Source: Candidatus Taylorbacteria bacterium RIFCSPHIGHO2_12_FULL_45_16
Lineage (GTDB): Bacteria; Patescibacteriota; Minisyncoccia; Phycocordibacterales; PALSA-1337
Direction of reading: 5' to 3'
Assembly (NCBI GenBank): GCA_001821055.1
Contig: MHRT01000004.1
Coordinates: forward strand, 5,548 to 69,547
DNA length: 64,000 nucleotides
This document shows positions 47,575 through 57,631 of this stretch, in pieces. The notes below the pieces were generated by a model that ran no database searches, was not told the DNA's origin, and saw only the letters and a program-made list of their open reading frames with translations. Positions within the stretch are counted from its first letter, which is position 1. Each line of letters opens with the position of its first letter. The translations under genes were made by a program, and so were the position numbers.

Positions 47575-48819
47575 ATGAAAAAAAATACTTTCGGACCAGT
47601 TTTAGGATGTCAGATTTGTGGTGCCAAAGATCTTCAACCGGTACTTTCCCTTGGTCATCAGCCAATAGTTCAAGAGTATCTTACTGAAGAAGCGCTCCAT
47701 GAACCCGAAGTTACCTATCCTTTAAACTTGGTACGTTGTCCAATTTGTAACCTACTCCAAATAGACTATATTCCAGAACCCGCAAAAGTATTTCCTCCGA
47801 ATTATCCCTATCGTACCGGTCTCACAAATATGCTTGTCCGCAATTTCCGAGAATTATCAGATGTTCTTTTTCGCGATTATCATTTTGAGAAAGGAGATCT
47901 TATTATCGATATAGGCTCAAACGATGGTACGCTTCTCCAAGGATTCAAAGACAAAGGGATGAAGGTTCTTGGTGTCGAGCCTACTGGAGCGGCGAAGGTT
48001 GCTAATAGGAATAAAATTTCTACTATCGAGGATTTTTTCAGCGACGCAATTGTCTCAAAGATTCTCAAGAAATATGGTAAAGCACACATTATCACCTGTA
48101 CGAATGCTTTTGCTCATATAAACGACGCCAAGGGACTGGCGAAAAATGTGGCAAAACTTATGGATAAAAATAGCGTTTTTGTCTCCGAGTCTCAATACCT
48201 TTTGGATATTATCAAAAAGCTCGAATTCGACACTATTTATCATGAACATTTAAGGTTCTACGCCCTCAAACCACTGATTCGTCTTCTCGGAGATGCAGGA
48301 CTCTCTGTCGTTGATGCCGAGAGGATAAGTGCCGCGGGTGGTTCTATACGTGTGTATGCTAGAAAAGGAAAACTTCCTTCAAGTAAGCGTGTCAAAGATC
48401 TTATCGCAGAAGAGGAGAAGGTTGGACTCTATGATACAAAGACCCTTATTGCTTTTGCAAAGAAAATCTATACCGCAAAAAATGATCTTCTTACTATTCT
48501 CCTGAAATGCAAAAAAGAGGGAGCTCGTATCGCGGGACTCACAAGTTCCGCTCGCTCCAATACTCTTCTGGGTTTCTCAAAAATAAATGAGACTATTCTT
48601 GACTATGCTTGCGAGAAAAACGGGTCTCCAAAGATAGGATTGTATACTCCAGGTACGCATATTCCAGTAGTTGACGAAGCGAGACTTCTAGAAGACCAAC
48701 CGGAATACGCTCTCGTTCTTTCATGGCACATTGGTGAAGAACTTATGAAAAAGACAAAGGCCGCCGGATACATAGGCAAATTTATCATGCCACTTCCTAT
48801 TCCTCGCATCGTTAATTAA
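47575..48819 (+). CDS. NDP-sugar C-methyltransferase
   Basis: CQICG...C..C Zn site, IDIGSNDG, NAFAH, DTIYHEH, GGSIR, TPGTHIP, LSWH. Confidence 0.9.
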   Translation: MKKNTFGPVLGCQICGAKDLQPVLSLGHQPIVQEYLTEEALHEPEVTYPLNLVRCPICNLLQIDYIPEPAKVFPPNYPYRTGLTNMLVRNFRELSDVLFRDYHFEKGDLIIDIGSNDGTLLQGFKDKGMKVLGVEPTGAAKVANRNKISTIEDFFSDAIVSKILKKYGKAHIITCTNAFAHINDAKGLAKNVAKLMDKNSVFVSESQYLLDIIKKLEFDTIYHEHLRFYALKPLIRLLGDAGLSVVDAERISAAGGSIRVYARKGKLPSSKRVKDLIAEEEKVGLYDTKTLIAFAKKIYTAKNDLLTILLKCKKEGARIAGLTSSARSNTLLGFSKINETILDYACEKNGSPKIGLYTPGTHIPVVDEARLLEDQPEYALVLSWHIGEELMKKTKAAGYIGKFIMPLPIPRIVN

Positions 48820-48825
48820 AATCGT

Positions 48826-49932
48826 ATGAATTACAAAAGGATTCCTTGGTGGGAACCACAGATAGGTAGCGCTTCCGAGCGTGAATATATTGAAAAAGTT
48901 TTTACGGATAATTATGCCAATGAAGGCAAGCTTACTACGCAATTTGAAGAAAAAATAGCCAAGGCGCTGGGGATCAAACACGCCGTTGCAACTACAAGCG
49001 GGACGAACGCAATTTTTCTGGCACTCAAGGCCATGGGCGTAGGTCATGGAGATGAAGTCATAGTACCCGATGCTACTTTTATCGCTACGGCAAATGCGGT
49101 TACCCTTACTGGAGCGACGCCAATTCTTGTGGATATTGATCCTAAAGATCTCAATATAAATATTGCAGCGGCAAAAACAGCCATAACAAAAAAAACAAAA
49201 GCTATTGTTCCCGTGCATGTGACCGGTCGTGGAGCCGACATGGAAAGTATTCTTATCTTTGCCCGAGAACATAATCTAATCATTGTCGAAGATGCGGCAG
49301 AGGCATTTTTCTCCAAGCACAAAGGGAAGTATCTCGGCACTTGGGGAGATGCAGGCTGTTTTTCTTTTTCGGCGGCAAAGACCATTACGACAGGGCAGGG
49401 CGGCATGATTGTGACCAACAACATTGAGCTCTATGAAAAGTTAAAACCCTTGAAGGATCAAGGTAGACCAATACGTGGAACGGGTGGCGATGATGCGCAT
49501 AATACTATTGGCTTTAATTTTAAGTACACAGATCTTCAAGCGGCATTAGGACTCGGTCAATTCAAGCTCGTGGGGAAGAGAACTACTCGAATGAAAAGAA
49601 ACTATGTAATGTACAGGGAGTCTCTCAAAAATATTCCCGGGTTTAAAATATTCGATATTGATCTAAAGCAGGGCGGAGTGCCACAGTGGGTGGACGCGCT
49701 CGTGGATCGACGCGATGAGCTTGATAAGTATCTCAATAGCTTCAATATCGATTGTCGTCGATACTGGAAGCCCATTCATCAGCAGAAGGCGTATCCTATG
49801 TCTGACGAAACATTCCCTAACAGTACGAAATACTTGCCAAAGGCTTTGTGGTTACCTTCAGCTTTTACACTCACCGATGAGGATGTGAATACGGTGATCG
49901 GATATATTAAAGATTTTTATAAGAAGAAATAA
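48826..49932 (+). CDS. DegT/DnrJ/EryC1 sugar aminotransferase
   Basis: SGTNA, TFIATANA, EDAAEA, FSFSAAKTITTGQGG. Confidence 0.93.
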   Translation: MNYKRIPWWEPQIGSASEREYIEKVFTDNYANEGKLTTQFEEKIAKALGIKHAVATTSGTNAIFLALKAMGVGHGDEVIVPDATFIATANAVTLTGATPILVDIDPKDLNINIAAAKTAITKKTKAIVPVHVTGRGADMESILIFAREHNLIIVEDAAEAFFSKHKGKYLGTWGDAGCFSFSAAKTITTGQGGMIVTNNIELYEKLKPLKDQGRPIRGTGGDDAHNTIGFNFKYTDLQAALGLGQFKLVGKRTTRMKRNYVMYRESLKNIPGFKIFDIDLKQGGVPQWVDALVDRRDELDKYLNSFNIDCRRYWKPIHQQKAYPMSDETFPNSTKYLPKALWLPSAFTLTDEDVNTVIGYIKDFYKKK

Positions 49933-49950
49933 TCTGAAATATCACAGTAT

Positions 49951-49983
49951 AAAAAACAGGGTCGCCTTGTGAGGCAACCCTGT
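49951..49983 (-). terminator. Intrinsic terminator between convergent genes
   Basis: ACAGGGTCGCCT-TGTG-AGGCAACCCTGT stem preceded by an A run (U tract on the minus strand). Confidence 0.75.
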
Positions 49984-50000
49984 CGCGAATTGTTCAGATC

Positions 50001-50774
50001 TCAAAGTCCGAGAGCTAGTATGAGCGTCGCTACTCCGGCTGGATTGAAGCTGTCTTTCGAGTCGAGCGAGAGCATCGCATGTACAGTGTCAATCGGGAAT
50101 GTGTGAATTTTTCCCTCCCAGCTGTCTCTGGCAGTTTTTGACCGCTCCAAGAGCTCGTGTGAATCGAGTTCAATTTTTGCACACATGCAGACTTCGATGG
50201 AAGGGCTCTCTCCGTAGAGATGGTCACAGAGGCCTAGTTGCTTGACCGTAACAATATCACAAGGGAGAACCCCTAATTCTTCATGGAGTTCCTGGAAGAA
50301 TTGAAAGATGACACCCCTGCTATCGGTGACGGTCGACAGTTCGACGGAGCCAGCTGCCGATACATGCCACACGTCCTTGTGTGTCGCCACATTCTTTGAA
50401 CGGAGCGAAAGGGCATAATGCCTATCCGTAGTTTCCACAACCCCGCAGACTGCGAGGAAGCGGAACTGTTCTTGAGGCGGAAGAGCTTCTCTCGCCGACT
50501 TGTCTCGCATAATGGTGTATTCAGCCCACGATGCAGGAAAGTAGGTGATACAGTTATCTTCCTCACGGAAGTCACCAAAAGCGGCCTTATGATATTCCAT
50601 GTCTCGGGCTGGGAAAGGTTCCCGCGCCCCGTCCCTCCACGCCCTAACGCGTTTTTGCAGTTCCGGGGTGTGTGGGATCGTAGCTCTTCTTAGGCTGTAA
50701 GGGTCATTGGAAGCATCAATGAGTCCAATGTGGTGCTTAGTTGCAATGGGGTGGTTTTCCCACAGATTTTTCAT
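50001..50774 (-). CDS. Nudix-fold hydrolase-like protein
   Basis: RSKNV...WHVSAAGSVE ... QELHEELG degenerate Nudix box. Confidence 0.7.
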   Translation of the reverse strand: MKNLWENHPIATKHHIGLIDASNDPYSLRRATIPHTPELQKRVRAWRDGAREPFPARDMEYHKAAFGDFREEDNCITYFPASWAEYTIMRDKSAREALPPQEQFRFLAVCGVVETTDRHYALSLRSKNVATHKDVWHVSAAGSVELSTVTDSRGVIFQFFQELHEELGVLPCDIVTVKQLGLCDHLYGESPSIEVCMCAKIELDSHELLERSKTARDSWEGKIHTFPIDTVHAMLSLDSKDSFNPAGVATLILALGL

Positions 50775-50897
50775 ACTATCCCTTCTTTATTTGGTTCAAA
50801 TGTTCATTCGTGACTGATGGCAATAGACTAACATAATTCTTATATAAAGTCAATAGTGCAATAACCTCTCATCTTAGCTAGAATCACCACGTTCATC

Positions 50898-51410
50898 ATG
50901 ACTACCGACCATAAAATAGTTACCTATGCTGGGCTCCACAGGAAGCTTTCTCGAATACGGAAAGGGAAGACTGTTGTTGTTGTCACCGGTACTTTCGACC
51001 TTCTCCACGCTGGCCATCTCATGTTTTTTAATCAGGCAAAAAAACAGGGTGATATTCTTATTGTGGGTATAGGATCAGACCGGACAATACGGATGCATGC
51101 CAAAGGAAAGGGTCGCCCGATTCTTCCGCATACGCTTCGCGCTCGACTCGTTGCAGGCTTTGAAGTTGTGGATTTTGTAGTTATTCTTGACGAAGATATT
51201 GTAGACAAAATGGGTGGCAGGGTTTTTTTAAAAAGCCTTAAAGCCGACAAGTGGGTAGTGCCTTTTAAAAATCACAATCCCGCTGGAGATATTAAATTTG
51301 CCAAAGAGATCGGTACAAAACTTGTCCAGCTTCCGCGTATAAAACCTAACAAGGTAGATTTTCCACTTTCAACTTCGTATATTATAGAAAAGATAAAAAA
51401 GACAACCTAG
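50898..51410 (+). CDS. Cytidylyl/adenylyltransferase (RfaE domain II/TagD-like)
   Basis: GTFDLLHAGH, KGRPI, STSYII. Confidence 0.9.
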   Translation: MTTDHKIVTYAGLHRKLSRIRKGKTVVVVTGTFDLLHAGHLMFFNQAKKQGDILIVGIGSDRTIRMHAKGKGRPILPHTLRARLVAGFEVVDFVVILDEDIVDKMGGRVFLKSLKADKWVVPFKNHNPAGDIKFAKEIGTKLVQLPRIKPNKVDFPLSTSYIIEKIKKTT

Positions 51411-51428
51411 ATCAATTCAGGAAGGATT

Positions 51429-52412
51429 CTAGGAATGTCTGAGATACCAATCAACAGTTTTCTCTATACCTTTCTGAAGCGAAGTGGCGGGTTTCCAACC
51501 GGTATCTTTTTCTATCTTCGAGATATCTGGTACGCTATTTCTCACTGCTTCGCGGGGAGAGTTTTCGAAAATGACCTTTTCAGGATGCCAACCTGCGACA
51601 TTGAAGATGAGCTCGGTAATTTCCCGGACACTGGTGAGGTGGTCATCTCCGATATTGTATGTTTGCCCATCTGTTTTTTGAGATTTTGTGACTTTAATAA
51701 GTGCATCTACAACATCTTCTACAAAACAAAACGTACGTTTATCTTCGGGCCCAAGGATAGTAAAATGATCTGCATGTTCTACTACCTGCTTGATTATCTT
51801 TGGAATCATTCCATCGTATCCAGCTCGAGGACCATAAATATTCACAGGACGAACTATAGACATGCGGAAGTTATAGGCTTTTGAATAATGGATGAATAGA
51901 AGTTCACCGATAAGCTTTTGTCCGGCGTAAGACCAGCGAGGATCATAAGTGTCAGGAATGACACAAGGAATATTTTCAGGTGTGGGATTTGTTATTTTTC
52001 CGTAGGCGATGACTCCGCCATTGTAGACTTCGTTCGAGGAAGTATAGAGAATTTTTGCCTGTGGTTTCCCATTTTTAAACTTAAACCAATCGATAACGTT
52101 GAGCGTCGATAGGATACCGACACGCAACACCTCGTGAGGAATCTCATTGAAATTTTTGAACCCTTTTATACTTACGAGATGATAGACGAAGTCGTAATCA
52201 CTTCCGACTTTTTTCCATGATAATTTGTTGGTCAAATCACCCTCAATTAATGTGATATTTGGAGACGAAAGTAGTTTTGCCAATTCCCCGTCATCTTCAT
52301 AATGAAGAGTTTTTGAAGCCAGAAATATTTTATTGTTTTTATCCTTGGAAAGTTCTACTGCTAGGTGGTAGCCCAAAAATCCCGTTCCGCCAGTGATGAG
52401 AATTTTAACCAT
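51429..52412 (-). CDS. NAD-dependent nucleotide-sugar epimerase/dehydratase
   Basis: LITGGTGFLG, YTSSNE, RWSYAGQK. Confidence 0.9.
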   Translation of the reverse strand: MVKILITGGTGFLGYHLAVELSKDKNNKIFLASKTLHYEDDGELAKLLSSPNITLIEGDLTNKLSWKKVGSDYDFVYHLVSIKGFKNFNEIPHEVLRVGILSTLNVIDWFKFKNGKPQAKILYTSSNEVYNGGVIAYGKITNPTPENIPCVIPDTYDPRWSYAGQKLIGELLFIHYSKAYNFRMSIVRPVNIYGPRAGYDGMIPKIIKQVVEHADHFTILGPEDKRTFCFVEDVVDALIKVTKSQKTDGQTYNIGDDHLTSVREITELIFNVAGWHPEKVIFENSPREAVRNSVPDISKIEKDTGWKPATSLQKGIEKTVDWYLRHS

Positions 52413-53406
52413 TTTTTCTCTTTTTTCTTGGATTAGTCTCATACCACTCAATCATTTTCTTCAACCCTTCCTCGAGAGTAATTTTTGCTTCCCATCCGGT
52501 ATGTTCTTTTATTTTTAAAACATGGGGGAGTCGACGCTTGACACTTCCTTTAGGAGAATTTTTTATGTCAAGTTTTGATGGTTCCCACTTCATTATTTTG
52601 AATAGATGCTCAATCAAATGTTTAATTTTTGTTTCCTCCGTAGTCCCGATATGGTATGTCCCGCCATCAGTTTTTTCGGACTCCATAACAGCAATTATGG
52701 CTTCAACAGCATCATCAATATAACAAAAAGATCTTGTATCATCTGCGCCGTATATTGGAAATGGATCAACTCGTTTTTTTATTCTCTCAATTATTTCAGG
52801 GATGACATGCTCGTACCCTTCTCTAGGTCCATAGAAGTTATGGGGGCGTACAATAGACATACGGAAATTGTGAGCTTTTGAACCATGAATGAAGAGAAGT
52901 TCACCAATAAGCTTTTGTCCTGCATATGACCAACGAGGATTATATGGGTCAGAGATTACCAGAGGCACATCCTCTGGCGTTGGTAATGGAAGTTGCCCGA
53001 ATGCTTCTAGTGCACCCGCGTATGCTTCATTGGAAGAAGTGTAAAGAATCTTTGCATTTGGATTGTTGTTTGTTGTGCGGAACCACTTTATGGCATAAAA
53101 GGTGATTGTGATGCCTACGGACAAAACTTCAAAAGGGATTTCATAGAATAGACGGGTACCATTGATGCCTGCGAGATGATAAACATAGTCATACCCGCTT
53201 TCAAAACTATCCCATGCATCTCTATTTCCAAGATCAGCTTGTATGAGCTTTACATTCGGCCTTTCGAGAAGCTGCTTCATGTCTTCGTCAAGCTCACTGC
53301 GAAAAAAGTTGTCTACAAGCACTATTTCATTTTTTCCTTCCGCGAGTTTTTTTGCAAGGTGATATCCGACAAATCCAGTTCCGCCAGTAATGAGTATTTT
53401 TGACAT
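52405..53406 (-). CDS. NAD-dependent nucleotide-sugar epimerase/dehydratase (tandem paralog)
   Basis: LITGGTGFVG, YTSSNE, RWSYAGQKLIGELLFIH shared with neighbour. Confidence 0.9.
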   Translation of the reverse strand: MSKILITGGTGFVGYHLAKKLAEGKNEIVLVDNFFRSELDEDMKQLLERPNVKLIQADLGNRDAWDSFESGYDYVYHLAGINGTRLFYEIPFEVLSVGITITFYAIKWFRTTNNNPNAKILYTSSNEAYAGALEAFGQLPLPTPEDVPLVISDPYNPRWSYAGQKLIGELLFIHGSKAHNFRMSIVRPHNFYGPREGYEHVIPEIIERIKKRVDPFPIYGADDTRSFCYIDDAVEAIIAVMESEKTDGGTYHIGTTEETKIKHLIEHLFKIMKWEPSKLDIKNSPKGSVKRRLPHVLKIKEHTGWEAKITLEEGLKKMIEWYETNPRKKRKNG

Positions 53407-53452
53407 TTTTAAAGTATATCCGAAATGCCTTCTAATGTAAAATCGTCCGGAA

Positions 53453-55237
53453 TCACACCACGTTTAACATCCGTGATGTCTCACTTGTACGACTTCTCAA
53501 CCAAAGTTCGAGGCAGAGAAGCGTCCATATTCGCAGACATTTTGAATCGTCTTTTTTCCCGTAGAAACATCCGAGTAAACTGTCCACTTCTTTTTTTTTC
53601 AAGAATTCGTAAATCAAGGCCTTTTCCCCCAGCTTATTTTTAGCGAAATTCTCCATTTTTTCCGTTCGGAGCCATTCTTTTACGGGTGCCCCGAAACCTT
53701 GTTTACGCCTGTACACGAAATCTCTCGGCATGATTTCCGCGAGAATGTCTTTCAAGATTATCTTGCCGTTTTTCCCGTCGGTTTTATATTGGAGAGGAAG
53801 ATTATACGCGTATTTCGCGAGTTTATGATCCAGAAAAGGGGAGCGAATTTCAAGCGAGTGCATCATGCTCGTCCTGTCCACTTTCGTGAGAAGCTGACCA
53901 GGAAGATATGTGGTGAGGTCAAAAAGATTTATTTTTCTCACGTCGTTTTTCCGTATTTTTTTCACGCTTTCCTCAATGACGTCGTCATTTACCGGAGTGG
54001 GGTTTTTCCACAGGTGTTTCCTTTCTTTGTCGGAAAAAATTTGCATCGTCTTCAAATGTTCCCTGAATGGATTCGAGAAAATAAAGTTTTTGAGCCGCAC
54101 TATCTTTGACGTATTCCGGTATTTCCAGTACCATCCGTACCCGAGAAAAATTTCGTCGGCACCATCTCCCGACAAAGCAACCTTCACTTGCGTGGATGCA
54201 AGTTCCGAGACTAGATGTTGGGGAAAGTTTGACGAGTCGGCATGAGGTTCGTCGAGGTAACTTATGACCTTCTCGAGTTCATGAGTGAGGTCACTAGTCG
54301 CCTGAAGAGTGTGATGATCGGTGCCGATCTTCTTTGACGCCGTCTCCGCGAAGGGAAGTTCGTTGATGTATCCCTCATAACCCACCGAAAATGTTTTTAG
54401 GGGATGCACAGCGTATTTTTGCGCATATGCTGTGACAAGAGTTGAATCAACTCCGCCTGAAAGAAGGGAACCAATCTCAACATCGGCAACCATCCTTTTT
54501 TTGACTGCCCCGTCAAAAAGTTTTTTGATCTCTGCCTTTGCTTCATCGTATGAAACCGTGAGAGGTTTGTCTTGAAGTTCCCAGTACCGGTCTGTTTCCA
54601 GTTTTCCATTTTTGTAAATTCCCCGATGAGCAGGTGGTAGAACATGAATGTTTTTATAGACGCTTTTCCAAGGCGGAATGTACATGAGGGTGAGGTAGTT
54701 GTCGATCGCTTCGGGATCAATTTCTCCTCTTATTCCCACAGCAAAAAGCGCTTTTATTTCAGAAGCGATATATATCATCTCTTTCTCGATTGTATAGTAG
54801 AGTGGTTTTTTGCCAAACCGGTCTCTCGCGATGAAAAGTTCTTTTTTCCCTTCATCCCAAAGTGCAAAGGCGAACATACCATCCAGATAGTCCACACATT
54901 TCTTACCGTACTCGGCATAGGTTTTCAAAATAACTTCGGTGTCGGAATGTGTGACAAAAACATGACCCTGGTTCTCGAGCGCCTCGCGTAACTCTTTGTA
55001 GCCATATATCTCGCCGTTAAATACGATGGTATATGGGTATGTATTATCCCTCATCGGTTGATGCCCACCTACCAGATCGACTATGGAGAGACGAGTTTGC
55101 CCGAAGATAGTTTCCGCGGTTCGCATGAAATCTTTTTCATCTGGCCCACGCAGAGAAAGACAAGAGAGCATTTTTTCAACGCCCTCATCTTTGATCACTG
55201 AAACATTTTTTCCTGCTATGGCGATTATTCCGCACAT
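53453..55237 (-). CDS. asnB: Asparagine synthase (glutamine-hydrolysing)-like glycan amidotransferase
   Basis: MCGI, RGPD, RLSIVD, FNGEIY, RDRFGKKPLYY, LSGGVDS, SGDGADE. Confidence 0.93.
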   Translation of the reverse strand: MCGIIAIAGKNVSVIKDEGVEKMLSCLSLRGPDEKDFMRTAETIFGQTRLSIVDLVGGHQPMRDNTYPYTIVFNGEIYGYKELREALENQGHVFVTHSDTEVILKTYAEYGKKCVDYLDGMFAFALWDEGKKELFIARDRFGKKPLYYTIEKEMIYIASEIKALFAVGIRGEIDPEAIDNYLTLMYIPPWKSVYKNIHVLPPAHRGIYKNGKLETDRYWELQDKPLTVSYDEAKAEIKKLFDGAVKKRMVADVEIGSLLSGGVDSTLVTAYAQKYAVHPLKTFSVGYEGYINELPFAETASKKIGTDHHTLQATSDLTHELEKVISYLDEPHADSSNFPQHLVSELASTQVKVALSGDGADEIFLGYGWYWKYRNTSKIVRLKNFIFSNPFREHLKTMQIFSDKERKHLWKNPTPVNDDVIEESVKKIRKNDVRKINLFDLTTYLPGQLLTKVDRTSMMHSLEIRSPFLDHKLAKYAYNLPLQYKTDGKNGKIILKDILAEIMPRDFVYRRKQGFGAPVKEWLRTEKMENFAKNKLGEKALIYEFLKKKEVDSLLGCFYGKKDDSKCLRIWTLLCLELWLRSRTSETSRMLNVV

Positions 55238-55238
55238 A

Positions 55239-56105
55239 TTATATTCTTATCCATGTTTCGGGAATGATGTCTTGGGTATTCATTTTTGGAGTATTGAACC
55301 ATTTCTTTGGCGCGATGACGATTTTATTTTTATTGGTATTGAGCCAGGCTCCCCACCAGGAGAAAGTACTGTTTGCGATAATATGATGCTTGCATTTGCT
55401 CATAAGGTAGAGATCCTCCTCGGGATGATCGGCGTTATAGGGCATATAGGTTGCGGGCAGAGGAGGCTTTATATTTTCTTTTGTCCATGTTGGATCATCA
55501 GAAAAAAGAAAGAAATGAGGATGTTTGACACGTTTGGCAATTTCCGCGATGGCCTGATTGTAATATTCAACAGAACATACCCCGTGCCAGTCATTGATAC
55601 GTTTGTTGGAAACCATCTCATCACGTCGCACATGGAGGGAGACAGCTTCCACTCCCCCTATTTGTTTTTCGAATATTTTAGATTGTTCACTCAGAGGATT
55701 TCTCAAGCTAAAATCCTTACGGATGACGTCTTCCACATCTTTGAAATACTTCTCGCTTTGCCAGTTTCCGTCTAGATAAACAGGATCTTTCAATGTCAAA
55801 ATCCATGATTCAAAATGGAACTGTCTTTCATCAGCGTATCTCTTACGATCGGCGATTGTACGGTTGTACCAGAACCAGAATTTTCCTTTTTTCCAATGGT
55901 ATTTTTTAAACCACCTTATCTCTTTTTGTTCTGCGGGATTAATGATGATGTTGAAACGATTAATGGTATAAGGCCAATAAGGAGGCTCTTTGAAAGAATA
56001 AAGATCAAGTTTGAATTCAGCATTATTTTTTATAGAAAGGGCACGACCAATGGCGTATTGAAACATTTGGTTCGCAAGTCTTCCTGTCAGTCTGGTGATT
56101 ATCAT
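55239..56105 (-). CDS. GT11 alpha-1,2-fucosyltransferase-like
   Basis: GRLANQMFQYA, GNWQSEKYF, SLHVRR, IIANSTFSWWGAWL. Confidence 0.92.
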   Translation of the reverse strand: MIITRLTGRLANQMFQYAIGRALSIKNNAEFKLDLYSFKEPPYWPYTINRFNIIINPAEQKEIRWFKKYHWKKGKFWFWYNRTIADRKRYADERQFHFESWILTLKDPVYLDGNWQSEKYFKDVEDVIRKDFSLRNPLSEQSKIFEKQIGGVEAVSLHVRRDEMVSNKRINDWHGVCSVEYYNQAIAEIAKRVKHPHFFLFSDDPTWTKENIKPPLPATYMPYNADHPEEDLYLMSKCKHHIIANSTFSWWGAWLNTNKNKIVIAPKKWFNTPKMNTQDIIPETWIRI

Positions 56106-56119
56106 AAGATGCTTGTATT

Positions 56120-56506
56120 CTATAGTTCTATTGAAATCTTGTCATCTTTATAGGGACCATTTTTCACTTCAACGACCTCACTGTCCTCGAGAAAATGGAC
56201 AGCCCAGATTCCATTGAGCAAAATAAAAAATTCTCCAGCATTGATGATTATATCTGTTACATGTTTCTTATCCTGTCCATAAAGTTCTATTTTTATTTTT
56301 CCTTTTTTTACGATAAGACATTCTTGCAGCGTAGTAGTCACCCTATTTTCCGGTCTATGCCCGTGAATTTTCACTTCTGTTCCCACTGGTTGCTTTAAGG
56401 TGATGATTTGAATAGACTCGCTACTGTTTGTTATAGGATGTGTGCCAGAAGAAAAACTGCTGACTTTTATACCTATTAGAATATCTTTGGAATAAAATTC
56501 TTCCAT
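56120..56506 (-). CDS. Cupin-like protein
   Basis: HGH, QECLIVKKGKI, EVKNGPY. Confidence 0.7.
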   Translation of the reverse strand: MEEFYSKDILIGIKVSSFSSGTHPITNSSESIQIITLKQPVGTEVKIHGHRPENRVTTTLQECLIVKKGKIKIELYGQDKKHVTDIIINAGEFFILLNGIWAVHFLEDSEVVEVKNGPYKDDKISIEL

Positions 56507-57589
56507 CTAATTTATTTGAAACTTTTTTTGATTGACTACGATCGACCCGATTTTCTTTTCGATTTTCGCTTGCTCGAGATCCTTATCAGTCATGATTTGT
56601 GCCAGTTTTTTGAACGTAACCCTCGGTTTCCATCCGAGAATTTTTCGTGCTTTACTGGAATCGCCGAGAAGCAAATCTACTTCATTTGGTCTAAAGTAAT
56701 TCGAATCGATCTCTACTATTACCTTGCCGGTTTTTTTGTCCACGCCTTTTTCTTTGAGCCCTTTACCTTTCCAGACAAGATCTATCTCAAGATTTTTCGC
56801 CACTTCATTGACAAATTCCCGGACAGTGTGGGTTTCTCCAGTAGAAATCAGAAAGTCATCCGGAACATCATGTTGGAGTATTTTCCATATCGCCTCCACG
56901 TAATCTTTGGAATATCCCCAATCTCTTTTTGCTTCGATATTTCCAAGCCGAAGGACATCTTGTAAACCAAGTTTGACTCGAGCAAGACCGAGCGTGATCT
57001 TTCGAGTGACGAAGTTGAGGCCTCTCCTTGGAGATTCATGATTGAAAAGAATGCCATTTGAGGCGAAAAGACCATAACCAGTTCGATAAACTTTAGTCAT
57101 ATTGAAAGCAAAGACTTTGGAAATACCATATGGAGATTGTGGATTGAAGGGAGTTTTCTCGCTTTGGGGAGTTTCTAGAACCTTTCCGAACATTTCTGAA
57201 GAGCTCGCTTGATAGTATTTGACGGGAAAATCTAAATTTCGGATTGTCTCTAGAATACGAAGGGCTCCCAAAGCGTTTATATTTGTGGTATATTCAGGTT
57301 TATCAAAACTTATCCCCACATGGCTTTGAGCTCCGAGGTTATATATTTCGTCAGGTCTTATCTTGTTGATGATGCGGAAAAGATTTGAGCTATCGGCAAG
57401 ATCTCCGTACATCATGTAAAAATCAGGATGTTTGGATTCATTGTCGTAGAGATGATCTATGCGGTTAGTATTTGGCCAACTGGCCCTTCGTTGCACCCCG
57501 TAGACTATATAGCCTTTATTGAGCAGAAATTCAGCCAAATATGACCCGTCCTGCCCAGTTATTCCCGTGATCAGGGCCTTTTTCTTCAT
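56507..57589 (-). CDS. gmd: GDP-mannose 4,6-dehydratase
   Basis: [47 protein letters not shown]. Confidence 0.97.
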   Translation of the reverse strand: MKKKALITGITGQDGSYLAEFLLNKGYIVYGVQRRASWPNTNRIDHLYDNESKHPDFYMMYGDLADSSNLFRIINKIRPDEIYNLGAQSHVGISFDKPEYTTNINALGALRILETIRNLDFPVKYYQASSSEMFGKVLETPQSEKTPFNPQSPYGISKVFAFNMTKVYRTGYGLFASNGILFNHESPRRGLNFVTRKITLGLARVKLGLQDVLRLGNIEAKRDWGYSKDYVEAIWKILQHDVPDDFLISTGETHTVREFVNEVAKNLEIDLVWKGKGLKEKGVDKKTGKVIVEIDSNYFRPNEVDLLLGDSSKARKILGWKPRVTFKKLAQIMTDKDLEQAKIEKKIGSIVVNQKKFQIN

Positions 57590-57631
57590 AGTGCCCTATT
57601 CTAAGGTATTTTGGGGTTAAATTCAACTTTT

